A stretch of 64,000 nucleotides of DNA from Eledone cirrhosa (Eukaryota): positions 337,714,001 through 337,778,000 of the forward strand of contig OZ024740.1 of the NCBI GenBank assembly GCA_964016885.1. Direction: 5' to 3'. The notes under the pieces were generated by a model, which made no database searches, was not told where the DNA came from, and saw nothing but the letters and a program-made list of their open reading frames with translations. Positions 1 to 13,382 of this stretch are shown here, in pieces; position 1 is the stretch's first letter, and each line of letters begins with the position of its first letter. Position numbers and translations under genes: made by a program.

Positions 1-518
1 CTATCGTAAATAACTTCTCCAATCCAATTCGTTCTATAAATAATACTAGGTCACTTGTTAATAACTCTGGTAATTTCTCTAATCGTAATTGTAATTGCCC
101 TGTTAGAACTAAATGTCCTATTAATAACCAATGTCTTGATACAAATTTAGTGTATGAATGTAAGGTTATAACTGGTACTAATTCTTTTACCTATTTTGGT
201 TCCACTTCCACTTCCTTTAAAGCAAGATTTTATAATCACAAGTCGTCTTTTAAATACCAGCTTAAAAGAACTAACACGGCACTCTCAGAACTCATATGGT
301 CCTTAAAAGGCACAAATATTAACTACAACATTTCTTGGAGGAAGGTTTGCAACGCCTCTCCTTACCGAAATGCTTCCCTATCCAGAACATGTAATCTTTG
401 CCTAGCCGAGAAATTTACCATTATCTCTAATTTTAATTCTATAATAAATAGACGTACGGATTTATTTTCGCTCTGCTTGCATAAATCCCATAGAACTTTC
501 CATAAAGTATACAGCTAA
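1..518 (+). mobile_element. Penelope-like element 3' fragment: GIY-YIG endonuclease C-terminus
   Basis: CNC..CP..C upstream of ORF 150-518; ORF reads YECKV..YFGST..FKARFYNH..CNLCLAEK..INRRTDLFSLCLH, a PLE GIY-YIG pattern. Confidence 0.85.
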
Positions 519-765
519 TATCTCACCACCTAATTAGTTTAAAATCTTCTTTTCTCAAACGCTTTTATATCTTTTACAAATATACCCATCTTTCTACCTT
601 ATTTCAGTATATTATATTATACAATTCACTCATTCTATGTCGTTAGCGGTCCCCTATTTTCTTCTTTTTATCCTTTTTTCCTTTTTTCTTTTTTAATTTC
701 TAATCTTTAATCTGTAACTTTTACTTTTCAATTACTTCTTAACTCATATTATTTCTCACTATAGC

Positions 766-831
766 GGTTAAATTTGCCTTTCATCCTTACGGGGTCGATA
801 AAATAAAGTACCAGTAATACAGAATTATTGT
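766..831 (+). mobile_element. SINE family A internal fragment
   Basis: ggttaaatttgcctttcatccttacggggtcgataaaataaagtaccagtaat matches the full copy at 19786-19969. Confidence 0.8.
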
Positions 832-3535
832 CAAAGCGGAGAAAACCTCAAATGTGTATACATACAATAGCTTCATACGGAAAGAATTACATAGGAAATA
901 CAAAAAAACTAATGAGACAGCACTGATAAACATCAACAACGAGGCACACAATATAGTCAAACACCTAAGAATAGACGACAGAACGGAGCCACTTAGGCCA
1001 TGTACCCCCACATTTAATCTCAAGGACCACACGGTAAATTTTGATTATAATCCCACAATTAGACTTATATGCCCGTCCAAATCGGACATCGGGAAAATTA
1101 GTAAACATATATTAGACAGAGTGATAGCACAAATGAAGAATAAACTAGTGATTAAACTATGGGGTAACGCTACCGAAACAATTAAGTGGTTTAACAATAT
1201 AGCTAACAAAAAAGTATCTAAATTTATACAATTTGACATTAACGACTATTACTCCTCTATATCCCCCAACACCTTGGATAAAGATTTAGCATTCGCCAAA
1301 GCCAATTCTGACCTAACAGACGACGATATAAAAATCATATTAACTGCTAGGAAAACAATAATTAAATTTGAAAACGCCTATTGGGAACGTAAGGATAGAT
1401 TAAATAACTTTGACATCACGATGGGAGCTAACGACTCGGCTCAAGTCACATATTTAGTAGGTATTTACATAGCCCATAGTTTACAGAGTGAATTTAGCGA
1501 CCTTCACGGTGGAATCTACAGAGACGACGCCCTTCTCCTAGTTAAGAACCTAAATAACCAGAGCATAGAAAGACTCCGTAAGAATATTAGAAAGACTCGG
1601 GAAACTAGGCCTTAGCATAACGTATGAGTATAGCACTAAAACAGTTAACTTTCTAGACGCGACGCTTAACCTAAATACGGGACTTATAAGACCTTTTCAC
1701 AAGATTAATGAAAACTTAGCATACATCAACTGTAACTCAAACCACCCACTATCCATAATTAAATCGATTCCACGCAGCATACCACTTAGGATCTCCCGCC
1801 TCTCGTCTAACCGACAAATCTTCGAGGAACATGCAGAATACTACAATACCGCACTAGACAAGACAGGCCCCTTAGATAGAGTAGAATATATAGATGAAAG
1901 CCTCCGCAAAGCGCACACGAACACGCATAAAACAAACTCCAGAAACACACATACACACGCATAGAACTACAAATTATACGGTAAATAGAAATACAACATC
2001 GAAATCAAACAAGTCACGCAGTAGAAAATATATTTGGTATAACCCCATATTTAGCACCTCTATTAGTACTAACCTACTCTCTACCTTCTTTAGAATAATA
2101 AATAAGCACTTTCCAGATTCACATAGATACAGCAAAATCATTAACACTAAATCTATTAGACTATCTTACTCCACGGCACCAAATATAGAGGCACACATTA
2201 AGATGCTTAACGCTAAAAAGATACATAACAACACCAGAACACAAATTTATAACAATAACAATACAATCACCATTGAACACAACAGAATATCTAATACACA
2301 ACCACCCACTAATAGGCAAACAAAACGTAACACACTTGTACAAGCATCGCAGCCCACCAATAATGCCAAAGTTGCCCATGACAAGAATTGTAACTGCGAC
2401 CTACCTGAAACCTGTCCATTACATAATGAATGTATGCAGTCTAACCTGGTTTACCAATGCACAGTGGAATCAGAAACCAGAAATGGTATTACATCGGAGC
2501 GACTGGGAATACATTTAAAGCCCGTTGGTATACACACCGTTACGCAATGAAACATTCCCAGCATCGTTATGTAACTACCTTTGCAAACAAGACCTGGCAA
2601 CTGAGGGAAAGTAACCATCAATACACCCTGAAGTGGAAAAAATGATCGAATGCGCCCCCATATCGGAGTGGTATGAGAAGCTGTCGATTAAGTGACCTTG
2701 AGCTGTTCCACATTTTGAGTTCGAAGAATAAGTTACTCAACAATAAAATCTAAACACAATTTATTGTAACCATAGACTCAAAGAAAAGTGTTCGCACTAC
2801 AAGTGCAAATCGAACCCTTAACCTCTTACTACCAACTGACAAACTACATATACTTAGACTTTATACCCTCTTATTGTATCTAAACCTTTTAATTCCCCAC
2901 AAAAACCAATACCCATATCCCTCCCTTCTCCTTCATTCCTCTTCTATTTCTTTTCGTTTTCTTCCTTTCTTCCCTCCCCTTTTGGCTATCTTTTCATTTC
3001 TTCTTTCTCCCCCTTCTTTACTTTTATTTTTATCATTATTATTTTTATCTTTATTTTATATATATATATATTTATCTCTTTATATCCCCCCGCCCTCTCT
3101 CCATCCCTCTACTATGATCAATTTAATTCTCTTTAACTCACTACAATCGACGACATGAAGTCTACGTATCAAAACTGATCAAGGAATCCTTTCACCTCTA
3201 CCCCTCCCTCCATCTCAGTTTGTCACTCTATTTCCTAACTCTTCTTCCCCTTCCTCTCTCTCTATACTATTCAGGTTGTCCCCTCACTTTCTAATTCCTC
3301 GTCCTCTCTCTCTATACTAGTAAATACAATTCCAAAAAAATGTTTTTCTCTATATATTAAGAACTATTTCAAGAGTAACTTACTCACTATTTTGAAAATT
3401 TGGACGTGAACAGGAATTATCATTGGGTGGCTGCTATTTGCAGTATAGCAATATAAGGTTGCACTTACCAATGAAACGGTCGTAAATACCTGGATAAATT
3501 CCTTCTCTTAATGCTTACCTGTGTTTTCTCTTTTA
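832..3535 (+). mobile_element. Decayed Penelope-like retroelement (RT + GIY-YIG, YRDD type, possibly Naiad-like), frameshifted
   Basis: IIVKAEKT; QFDINDYYSSI; FDITMGANDSA; GGIYRDD; IWYNP; CNC..CPL..C; YYIGAT..FKARWYTH. Split across ORFs 854-1615, 1894-2550 and 2457-2645; pyrimidine-rich 3' UTR ending at (TA)n. Confidence 0.85.
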
Positions 3536-4080
<545 letters not shown>

Positions 4081-4207
4081 TCTACGTATCAGTTTACCGA
4101 ACATTTATTATAATGCTCGGTTTGTTTGTAAACAAACAAACAGCCCGAACTATGCCGTACAGTGTTTAGGCAACCACGTCACCTTTTTCTTCAACACTGA
4201 CACAGGA

Positions 4208-4250
4208 ACGATGTACTAGTTTGAAGCTTATTAGCTATCTTCAGCATCGT
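4208..4250 (-). ncRNA. Minimal type I hammerhead motif with a G12C core change (probably inactive)
   Basis: Minus strand: acgatg CTGAAGA t agct-aata-agct t CAAA ctag TA catcgt; 6-bp stem I, palindromic stem III ACTAGT. Confidence 0.6.
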
Positions 4251-4441
4251 ATACCTTCCTGCCAGATGGTTGAACGTCTGAAAGTATATACTTTCCTTAT
4301 GTATATTAACGGCTGAGCAGCCTAATTTGCATATCGAGTGAGTTTAAGTAACTGCCGTACTAAGAGTGAGAAATGAAATTTCGTTTCATTCTATTCCATT
4401 TATATATGTATATATATATATATATGTATATATATGTATAT

Positions 4442-4518
<77 letters not shown>

Positions 4519-4641
4519 GGAGGTGAGTTTTATTGTAGTACAATAAAGCAATGCAGATATCGGATAAGAAGCACTCTACAGTTTGTGGGACTGGAGTATG
4601 CATAATATAAGATCAAAAGATGGTTAAAGGAGTTCCATATA

Positions 4642-4708
4642 TTTTATTATGCGCATTTCAAAAACAAACATCATCAAGCAATAATATTTGTGTTTTCATC
4701 AGATAAAA
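4642..4708 (-). ncRNA. Type I hammerhead ribozyme motif
   Basis: Reverse complement of 6961-7027. Confidence 0.75.
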
Positions 4709-6960
4709 CAGGAGAACATGATATGAAGGCTAAAAAACACTTGTTGATAGTGCAGTTTTAAATCAACATATGAAAAGTGGTTTTAGATTGATGTGTGATA
4801 TTGGGAAAAAAATATTTTATTTAGAGAGGGGGGGGGGGGAAAGGATGAGAAGGGAAGGAGATGAGAGGGAGAGATGGGTGATAGAGAGAAAGAGATAGTT
4901 TTTATAACTGAGAGGAGATATATTTTTTATATAGAGGGGTTGAAAACCGTTGGAAGATACTGTATAAATTAAAAATTTTGAAAATTAACGAAGGGAGGAT
5001 ATGTGCGAGGAAAAAATATTTTATTTAGGGAGGGGGGGGGAAGGATGAAAAAAAGGGGGAGGAGATGAGAGTGAAGGTGGAGAGGGAGAGATGGGTGATA
5101 GAGAGAAAGAGATAGTTTTTATAACTGAGAAAAAGATATATTGTTTTAATATAGAGAGGTTGGGAACCGTTGGAAGATAATGTATAAATTAAAGGAATTT
5201 GAAAATTAACGAAGGGAAATTATGTATGAAGATAGAGAGAAAAAAATAATAATTGTGGGTGAATATTCTAACGTCAAAAGAAGAAATGTATGTATTGTGG
5301 CAATTTCAAAATTAGCAAAGAGAGAAATGTTAAGGTTTATGTGTAGAAGGATTTGAGAAAAATAATGTGAAGTTAAAGTTTGTATATTGAATTCATATGT
5401 ATTAATAATGAGTTCGTTGATGGGGAGAAAAAATAATAATAAATTAAGGATGAAATTGAGATTAAAAAGATTTATGATAGAGAGAAAAAATAATAATGAT
5501 TGCGGATGAATATTCAAAATGTCAAAAACAAATGTTATTGTTTTACGAGAAGATAGAATGAGGGTAATGAGTAAACGAGTATTATAGAGTGTATAATGCC
5601 CTTTAAAGTAAGGTAGATGGGTATATTTTAAAGAGGTGTATGTATATGTGCCTTTGAGAAAAGATTCTAAATTGATAAAGAATTGAATATTAACTGTATA
5701 CTTTGTGAAAAGTTCTATGGAATTTATGCAGGCAGATAGAAAACAAATCTGAGCGTCTATTTATTATGGATTCTAGGTTAGAGATAATGGTAAATTTTTC
5801 ATTTAGGCAGAGATTACAGATTTTAGATAGAGAGCTGTTCAAGTATGAGGATGCAGAAGAAATCTTTTTCCAAAAGATGCTATATTTAATGTTTTTGTCT
5901 TTTAAGGACCATATGAGTTCTGAGAGAGCAGTGTTAGTTCTTTTAAGTTTGTATTTGTATTATATTACTATACAGTTAATATTCAATTCTTTATCAATTT
6001 AGAATCTTTTCTCAAAGGCACATATACATACACCTCTTTAAAATATACCCATCTACCTTACTTTAAAGGGCATTATACACTCTATAATACTCGTTTACTC
6101 ATTACCCTCATTCTATCTTCTCGTAAAACAATAACATTTGTTTTTGACATTTTGAATATTCATCCGCAATCATTATTATTTTTTCTCTCTATCATAAATC
6201 TTTTTAATCTCAATTTCATCCTTAATTTATTATTATTTTTTTCTCCCCATCAACGAACTCATTATTAATACATATGAATTCAATATACAAACTTTAACTT
6301 CACATTATTTTTCTCAAATCCTTCTACACATAAACCTTAACATTTCTCTCTTTGCTAATTTTGAAATTGCCACAATACATACATTTCTTCTTTTGACGTT
6401 AGAATATTCACCCACAATTATTATTTTTTTCTCTCTATCTTCATACATAATTTCCCTTCGTTAATTTTCAAATTCCTTTAATTTATACATTATCTTCCAA
6501 CGGTTCCCAACCTCTCTATATTAAAACAATATATCTTTTTCTCAGTTATAAAAACTATCTCTTTCTCTCTATCACCCATCTCTCCCTCTCCACCTTCACT
6601 CTCATCTCCTCCCCCTTTTTTTCATCCTTTCCACCCCACCCTTCCTAAATAAAATATTTTTTCCTCGCACATATCCTCCCTTCGTTAATTTTCAAAATTT
6701 TTAATTTATACAGTATCTTCCAACGGTTTTCAACCCCTCTATATAAAAAATATATCTCCTCTCAGTTATAAAAACTATCTCTTTCTCTCTATCACCCATC
6801 TCTCCCTCTCATCTCCTTCCCTTCTCATCCTTCCCCCCCCCCCTCTCTAAATAAAATATTTTTTTCCCAATATCACATCAATCTAAAACCACTTTTCATA
6901 TGTTGATTTAAAACTGCACTATCAACAAGTGTTTTTTAGCCTTCATATCATGTTCTCCTG

Positions 6961-7027
6961 TTTTATCTGATGAAAACACAAATATTATTGCTTGATGATG
7001 TTTGTTTTTGAAATGCGCATAATAAAA
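6961..7027 (+). ncRNA. Type I hammerhead ribozyme motif
   Basis: ttttat CTGATGA [long stem II] GAAA tgcgca TA ataaaa; palindromic stem III ATGCGCAT. Confidence 0.75.
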
Positions 7028-7211
7028 TATATGGAACTCCTTTAACCATCTTTTGATCTTATATTATATATATATATATATATATGTAGGAGGTGAGTTT
7101 TATTGTAGTACAATAAAGCAATGCAGATATCGGATAGGAAGCACTCTACAGTTTGTAGGACTGGAGTATAAATAATATATAAGATCAAAAGATGGTTAAA
7201 AGAGTTCCATG

Positions 7212-7282
7212 TATTTTATTATGCGCATTTCAAAAACAAATATCATCATGCAATAACATTTGCGTTTTCGTCAGATGAAATA
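7212..7282 (-). ncRNA. Type I hammerhead ribozyme motif
   Basis: Reverse complement of 7401-7471. Confidence 0.7.
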
Positions 7283-7400
7283 GGGAGACATGATATGAAG
7301 GTTAAAACACACTTGTGAATAGTGCAATTTTAAATCAACATATGTTGATTTAAAATTGCACTATTCACAAGTGTGTTTTAACCTTCATATCATGTCTCCC

Positions 7401-7471
7401 TATTTCATCTGACGAAAACGCAAATGTTATTGCATGATGATATTTGTTTTTGAAATGCGCATAATAAAATA
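7401..7471 (+). ncRNA. Type I hammerhead ribozyme motif
   Basis: tatttcat CTGACGA..GAAA tgcgca TA ataaaata. Confidence 0.7.
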
Positions 7472-7499
7472 CATGGAACTCTTTTAACCATCTTTTGAT

Positions 7500-7612
<113 letters not shown>

Positions 7613-7624
7613 ACATATATATAT

Positions 7625-8247
7625 GTAACTCTGGCCGGTGTTAGGGCAGTCTTTCCCGGAAAATTTTTTTATCCTTTACAAGATGTGGTTACAACCTTAC
7701 CATTGTCGATACGCACAGGGTCAGGTAAGCAACGTTTGTTTTGAGACGTTTGTTCGCTGCATCTGCCCGCCTGGGTCATTTGAAGCTGGGTCTGGGATGC
7801 ATGGTTAGTTTCCGGACGTTTTTCGCAGCGCCTGTGCGCCGGGGTGTTAAAGTTTGTTGCAAGGAGACCCGGTATACGGTTTCACTCCTCATCCTTATCC
7901 CATCTGAAGAAGGATATTTTTAAGCGATGTGTACAGCTCATCGTTATTTCAGCTCTGCTGTTGATGAGCTCGTGGGGTGCCGTTATGATGTGGTAGAGCT
8001 CCATGAGGCAAATATCGCACTTCCTCTTGAAGTTGTACGGTGCAGCCCTGCCGACAATATCCCAGTGCGTGGAGAAGTTGATGTTTAAGTCTTTTAATAA
8101 TGTGATGTAGTCAGCGAACGAAGTCGAGTGTCTTAATTTCTTATTTTTGAAGGAGTGGAGATGTGTTCGAAATCTAATTTTGAATGGGCCAGTGGTACCC
8201 TCTATATAATGTTTAATGCTATTCTGGCTAGTTACAGTGCACCTATA
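7625..8247 (-). mobile_element. PLE 3' fragment (GIY-YIG + 3' UTR)
   Basis: ORF 7882-8256: IYRCTV..HYIEGTTGPFKIRFRTH..CDICLMELYHI..LINSRAEITMSCTH. Confidence 0.85.
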
Positions 8248-10420
8248 TATTTGCATTTGAGAATATTTTTCCAGTTTTTGTTTTCATATATTGACCGACG
8301 TGTATGGATTGACATGTGCCACATCGACTATCATTGCATTTAGATACAGTGAATGATTGGTCTTTGTTGTTAAGGTCAAACTTTGCTCTAGTTAGTAATT
8401 ACTTCAAATTTTTCGGCTGTCTTTTACTAAGAGTCAAAGATCGATCTGTGATTAAGCCTTTTAATTCATTACTTTGAGCAATGATCGGTAGGTTTGCTTT
8501 GGCAGTGTTGAAGATATTCTGGTGACATGGGTTGTGTGTCATTATAAATGGTATGACCAGTTCTTGGTTTCTTCTTCCTTGTGTTGTCCTAAGTTGTTGT
8601 ATAGGTAGTGATTGTTGTATAGAGAAGTGATTCCCATCAGATTCACAGCTCCATTTATATTAGACGCAGTTAAACTTATTCTGGAAAACAACACTTTCTT
8701 CTTCAATGGAAAGAATTACATCCAAATTAGAGGCACAGCAATGGGAACGAAGTTTGCTCCCGTTTACGCGAACTCTGTAATGGGATACTTAGAACAACAA
8801 CTCTACCAAGAAATAGAGGAAAAATATAGTACTGACTTTAGAAAGTACATTGAAAAATCTTGGAAGAGATACCTTGCTGACTGTTTCATCATTTGGACAG
8901 AATCTCTAGATACTCTGGATGAGTTCAATATCCTCCTGAATAACCTACACCCATCTCTCCAATTCACAAAAGAGATGAGTTCCTACTCATCTCTTTTGTG
9001 AATTGGAATTACCATTGTGAATTGGAATTACCATTCCTAGATATAATGATAATAAAAAATGACACCACCATTACCACGGATATATATGATAAACACACAG
9101 ACACCCATCAATATCTGAATTTTAAGTCGTGCCATCCACCTCATACAAAACGCAACATCCCATACTGCCTAGCCAGAAGAATTTGTACCATTGTAGAAGA
9201 TACGAATACCATCTACAAACGCCTAACAGAACTAAGAGAATTTTTGCTCAAACAAAAATACCCATCTCTACTTATAGAATATGGCATACAGCGGGCTATA
9301 AAAATACCTATACAACAACTTAGGACAACACAAGGAAGAAGAAACCAAGAACTGGTCATACCATTTATAATGACACACAACCCATGTCACCAGAATATCT
9401 TCAACACTGCCAAAGCAAACCTACCGATCATTGCTCAAAGTAATGAATTGAAAGGCTTAATCACAGATCGATCTTTGACTCTTAGTAAAAGACAGCCGAA
9501 AAATTTGAAGTAATTACAAACAAAAGCAAAGTTTGACCTTAACAACAAAGACCAATCATTCACTGTATCTAAATGCAATGATAGTCGATGTGGCACATGT
9601 CAATCCATACACGCCGGTCAATATATGAAAACAAAAACTGGAAAAATATTCCCAAATGCAAATATGAACTGCAAAAGCAGAAATCTAATTTACTGCATTA
9701 AATGCCCGAATTGTGAAGTCAAACTGGAAATACACTATCGGAGCGTGCACGGGTACACCGACAGCAAATCAGAGACCCAAATGTCCGTCAGATACCCCTA
9801 AGTAACCATCTAGCAACATGTGGTCAGGGAATATTTATAATATTCCCATTCTACAAATTACACAGCCCAAGTGAAAGCAAGAGAAAAATCAAAGAAAAGA
9901 ATTTTATTGACAAATTCAAACCCAAGCTAAATGAACAATAATAATGGGGGATTACTCCTACTATGACTGACTACGACCTTGTCGACTACGACCACTAACA
10001 ACAACAACAATAATAATAATAAAAGTGATGTTGATGGTGATGATTACTAGAAAATGCTATTTTCATCATTTCTAAAAATAGCAAAACAATTGATGCTTTG
10101 GATAGGATCAATTAGTAGTCATTAGACATGCTCAACCAACCATGACGCCTAAACCAATCAGCTTTAGTAATTCAGTGAAACTACACACCGATTGGTCGAA
10201 ATACAGTTTGCAAGATTTAGCATTCTGGAGCCACTTTTCACTGTATATAAGGCACAAAATTTACCCATCTCATTACAGTTGAAAATTGCAAACTTGACTG
10301 TCACCACACATTATGAACCTGAAGATTGCGAAAGCATGAAAGTACTTGTTCAATTAACACTTAACATTTAATATTCTACCATACTATTTCATTCTAATAC
10401 CATTATAAATTCCTTTTATT
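8248..10420 (+). mobile_element. 5'-truncated Neptune-type PLE (RT + GIY-YIG, decayed) with an inverted copy (8248-8608) of 9305-9665
   Basis: YIQIRGTAMGTKFAPVYAN; WKRYLADCF; LPFLD; YLNFKSCHP; linker CNDSRCGTC; NCKSRNLIYCIKC; reverse-complement match of the two arms. Confidence 0.88.
10314..10352 (+). ncRNA. Minimal type I hammerhead ribozyme in the PLE 3' UTR
   Basis: tgaac CTGAAGA t tgc-gaaa-gca t GAAA gtac TT gttca; GNRA-capped stem II, palindromic stem III AGTACT. Confidence 0.75.
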
Positions 10421-10437
10421 AATATATATATATATAT

Positions 10438-10797
10438 AGGTGTCACGACAAAAAAACACACAGTTCACGCTGTAATGTGGCCGTGTAGGCAACACGGTAA
10501 AAACCTCCCAGCCCCACACTGTAAATGTGGTTGGTGTTAGGAAGGGCATCCAGCTGTAGAAAACCCGCCAGACAGTCCACGCTGTAATGTGGCCGTGTAG
10601 GCAACACGGTAAAAACCTCCCAGCCTCACACTGTAAATGTGGTTGGTGTTAGGAAGGGCATCCAGCTGTAGAAAACCCGCCAGATAGTCCTATGCGAGCA
10701 AGATAATCACTCTTGCCTCAAGTGGGAAAACTCCCGTCCAAACCCATGCAAGCGTGGAACACGGACGTTAAACGTTGATGATGATGATGATGATGAT
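10438..10797 (+). mobile_element. RTE 3'-UTR fragment with a 112-bp tandem duplication and (GAT)n tail
   Basis: Matches 25450-25690; repeat unit starts at 10466 and 10578. Confidence 0.8.
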
Positions 10798-11207
10798 ATA
10801 TATATATATTAGAAAAGGAAAGTAAGATTATATAGAAAACAGTGGTTATAGAGAAAAGGTGAAATTGGAAATAGTATGGAAAATATATTTTAGTGTCTGT
10901 TTTTCTTTTTTTCCCCTTTCTTTGATTCGTCAAAGTGAGGGACAATTCTTTTAAATGAGAGGGACAATTCTTTTAATGAGAGGGACAATTCTTTTAAAAA
11001 AGAGTTTTATAATATATATAATGTATTATTGGTTTGGATGAATTATTAAAATTCATCTTATCAAATGTTGAGTAATACAATTAAAAAGAATTAATAAGAA
11101 GTAAAAACTAAAAATTAAAGATTTAAAATTAAGAGGTAAGTTTTTCTCATCTTCCTTGCTATATAACAAAGAGGGTGGACCAGACTACTCGATATTTGGG
11201 GTAGTAG

Positions 11208-11345
11208 AGTGGGTAACATGAAAAGAATTAGAATCTCGATGGCTGAGCTCCGGCAGTTTTGACAGCTAGATCCAAACTCAGATCTAGCTGTCAAAAAGGC
11301 TGACGCTCAGCCGTCGGGGTCCTGAATCTTTTCATATTACCCACT
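11208..11345. repeat. ~138-bp imperfect hairpin (MITE-like)
   Basis: agtgggtaacatgaaaaga..tcttttcatattacccact; perfect 16-bp inner stem ttttgacagctagatc/gatctagctgtcaaaa. Confidence 0.75.
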
Positions 11346-11349
11346 GGAT

Positions 11350-11640
11350 GTTTTGTGGTACCAACATAATTTTACAGAGTAAGGGTGGTGTGGGCAGAGG
11401 TGGCAGGGAGGTGTAGGGTGTATATTGAATTAAGAGGTGCTTACTGAGTGTAGGTTTAAATCCGTATGCAAGGGAAGGCGGGTCTTCTGTGTTACTTCAT
11501 AGTGCCAAAGATGTCGATCCTGTGTCATTGACTTAGAGAGGTGCAAGTGTGCAAGGTCAGCTTTTATCACCTCGTCCCAGGTCTATATATCATCATCATC
11601 ATCACCATTTAACGTGCATTTTTCCACACTAGCATGGGTT
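11350..11640 (-). mobile_element. Decayed RTE 3' end fragment
   Basis: gtgtcattgacttagagagg..ggtcagcttttatcacctcgtcccaggtc homologous to 21410-21472; (CAT)n tail nearby. Confidence 0.65.
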
Positions 11641-11960
11641 AGTTGATACAATCCTTTTGAGACCTTATGCATTTAAAATATTATGGTACCCTCCATACAT
11701 ATATATATGTATGGAGTCTGCAAAAGGAATTTGGTGGGAAGGATAAATACATCTTCCCTCTATTCTTATTTTACTTAATGATTAATCCAGCCCTAGCATG
11801 ATTGTATATGCATGTATGTATATGTCTTACAAATAATATGTATGGTCCCGTAACTCTAGATACAGTCGTAGGTGTGCCGTATTGACAAATAGTCAATTTC
11901 TTCCATACAAAACATAGAAAGTGAGAAAGAGGGAATGAGAAAGAGATATAGAGGAAGAAT

Positions 11961-12116
11961 TGACCCCAGCACTAGACTGGTACTTTTTTATCGACCTCGA
12001 AAGGATGAAAGGCAAAGTTGACCTAAGTGGGATTTGAACTCAGAGAGCAGAGAGCCGGAACGAATACCATAAAGCATTCTATGTGACATTCTAATGACTC
12101 TGTCAATTTGCTGCCT
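11961..12116 (-). mobile_element. SINE family A, diverged
   Basis: tttatcgacctcgaaaggatgaaaggcaaagttgacc..gggatttgaactc. Confidence 0.75.
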
Positions 12117-13382
12117 CACAAATAATATACCTTGATATAATTGTTCTGTATTGTATTGTACACTCCATCCATGTCACAGATGCAGTGAATCAGTGCATAA
12201 CTCATTGGAAACCTGTAATCACCAGCTCATTGTTCACAAATTGTAATATAAAATAAACAAATAAGTACTGGGTTCTATTTAATATTCCTGTAAAGCCTCA
12301 TACATAAATCTGAATGGAATTATAATAGAAATCGAACCCCACAGCAACAACACCAATAAAATGTTAATATCTATAATATCTACTGTGATACTTTGTCAGG
12401 GATTATACCCTTCAAGTATACTCTATGTATCATTAGATTGTTATTGTCTTAATGTTTACATCCTTGAATTATGGGTTTGTTAAAGCGAAAAGATAAAAAC
12501 CTTGTTGAAACTAAAACTTGTTTAACAAGTAGAAATGAGCTAAATAATACAATTTATGTATTATAACATCATGCAGCTATTGGTTACAGTGTAGCTTGCC
12601 TATAGCAAATAATATCCTATGAAGGAATGCAAGTTTATCTTAAGCTCTCTTAATTTAATGTTAACATACTTGCTTTGATCATTGTAGCCTATGATGCAAT
12701 GTAATTTAGCAGCAAAAGACATCCGCATGAAATATCTAGCAATGCTGCTCACCCATACTGCTAAAGTATGTTTAAAAAAATGTTCTTATAACCAAAATAC
12801 AAGTACACTTATTTAACAAGTTGTCACTAATTTATCTTGAGTTTTTCTTGTGGATGTACCTCAGAGCAGTATATTCTCTAACTAATTCAATTTTTCTATT
12901 GTTCAATCTAGTGTACAACCTGATGAATCCATTTAGTGATTCTTCCATCACTACCTTGGCAATTACAATGCTTCACTGATGAGGTCATATTTAAATCAAA
13001 ACATGTTCTGAGTTATCTGCTATACTTACTGAAATATCAAAAATACAATATTAGTCAATGACTAACATTGCTTTGTTTTTCTGCAACACATAATAATTTC
13101 TTGTTAACATTTTAATGGTCTCTGTATTGAATATGTCAACACTAATTTAATAACATCATGTTATAAAATTTTAACCAAATACAACTTTGCTAAAACTGAA
13201 CAAACAAATTATTACATCAATTTAGCACTTTTGTGGCCAGGTTTCTAATAATAAACACTGTATTTAAATTAATTAATGAAGAATGTTGGAGCATACACTA
13301 GAATCATTAATTATTTAATTACAAGATAGTAACTTGATATATATAAAATTGAATTTGAAAAATTTAGACAGGAACTCTTTAA

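Larger units (their letters stand above)
4516..7067 (-). mobile_element. 5'-truncated PLE with inverted pLTR: arms 4602-5700 and 5969-7067, spacer encodes the GIY-YIG C-terminus
   Basis: 1.1-kb arms are near-perfect reverse complements; minus strand of ~5958-5690 reads KLKRTNTALSELIWSLK..CNLCLNEK..INRRSDLFSICLHKFHRTFHKVYS*, homologous to ORF 150-518; flanked by (TA)n. Confidence 0.9.

Noticed and set aside
2643-2645. In-frame TGA in a YRDD-type PLE as possible selenocysteine (reported for some Naiad PLEs)
   Set aside because: It aligns to a Val/Ile position in the in-window homologues, not a Cys, and the element has other stops and frameshifts
3435-3490. Hammerhead at the 3' end of the first PLE (GAAAcggTC with a tatttgc/gtaaata helix)
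   Set aside because: The CUGANGA core is missing
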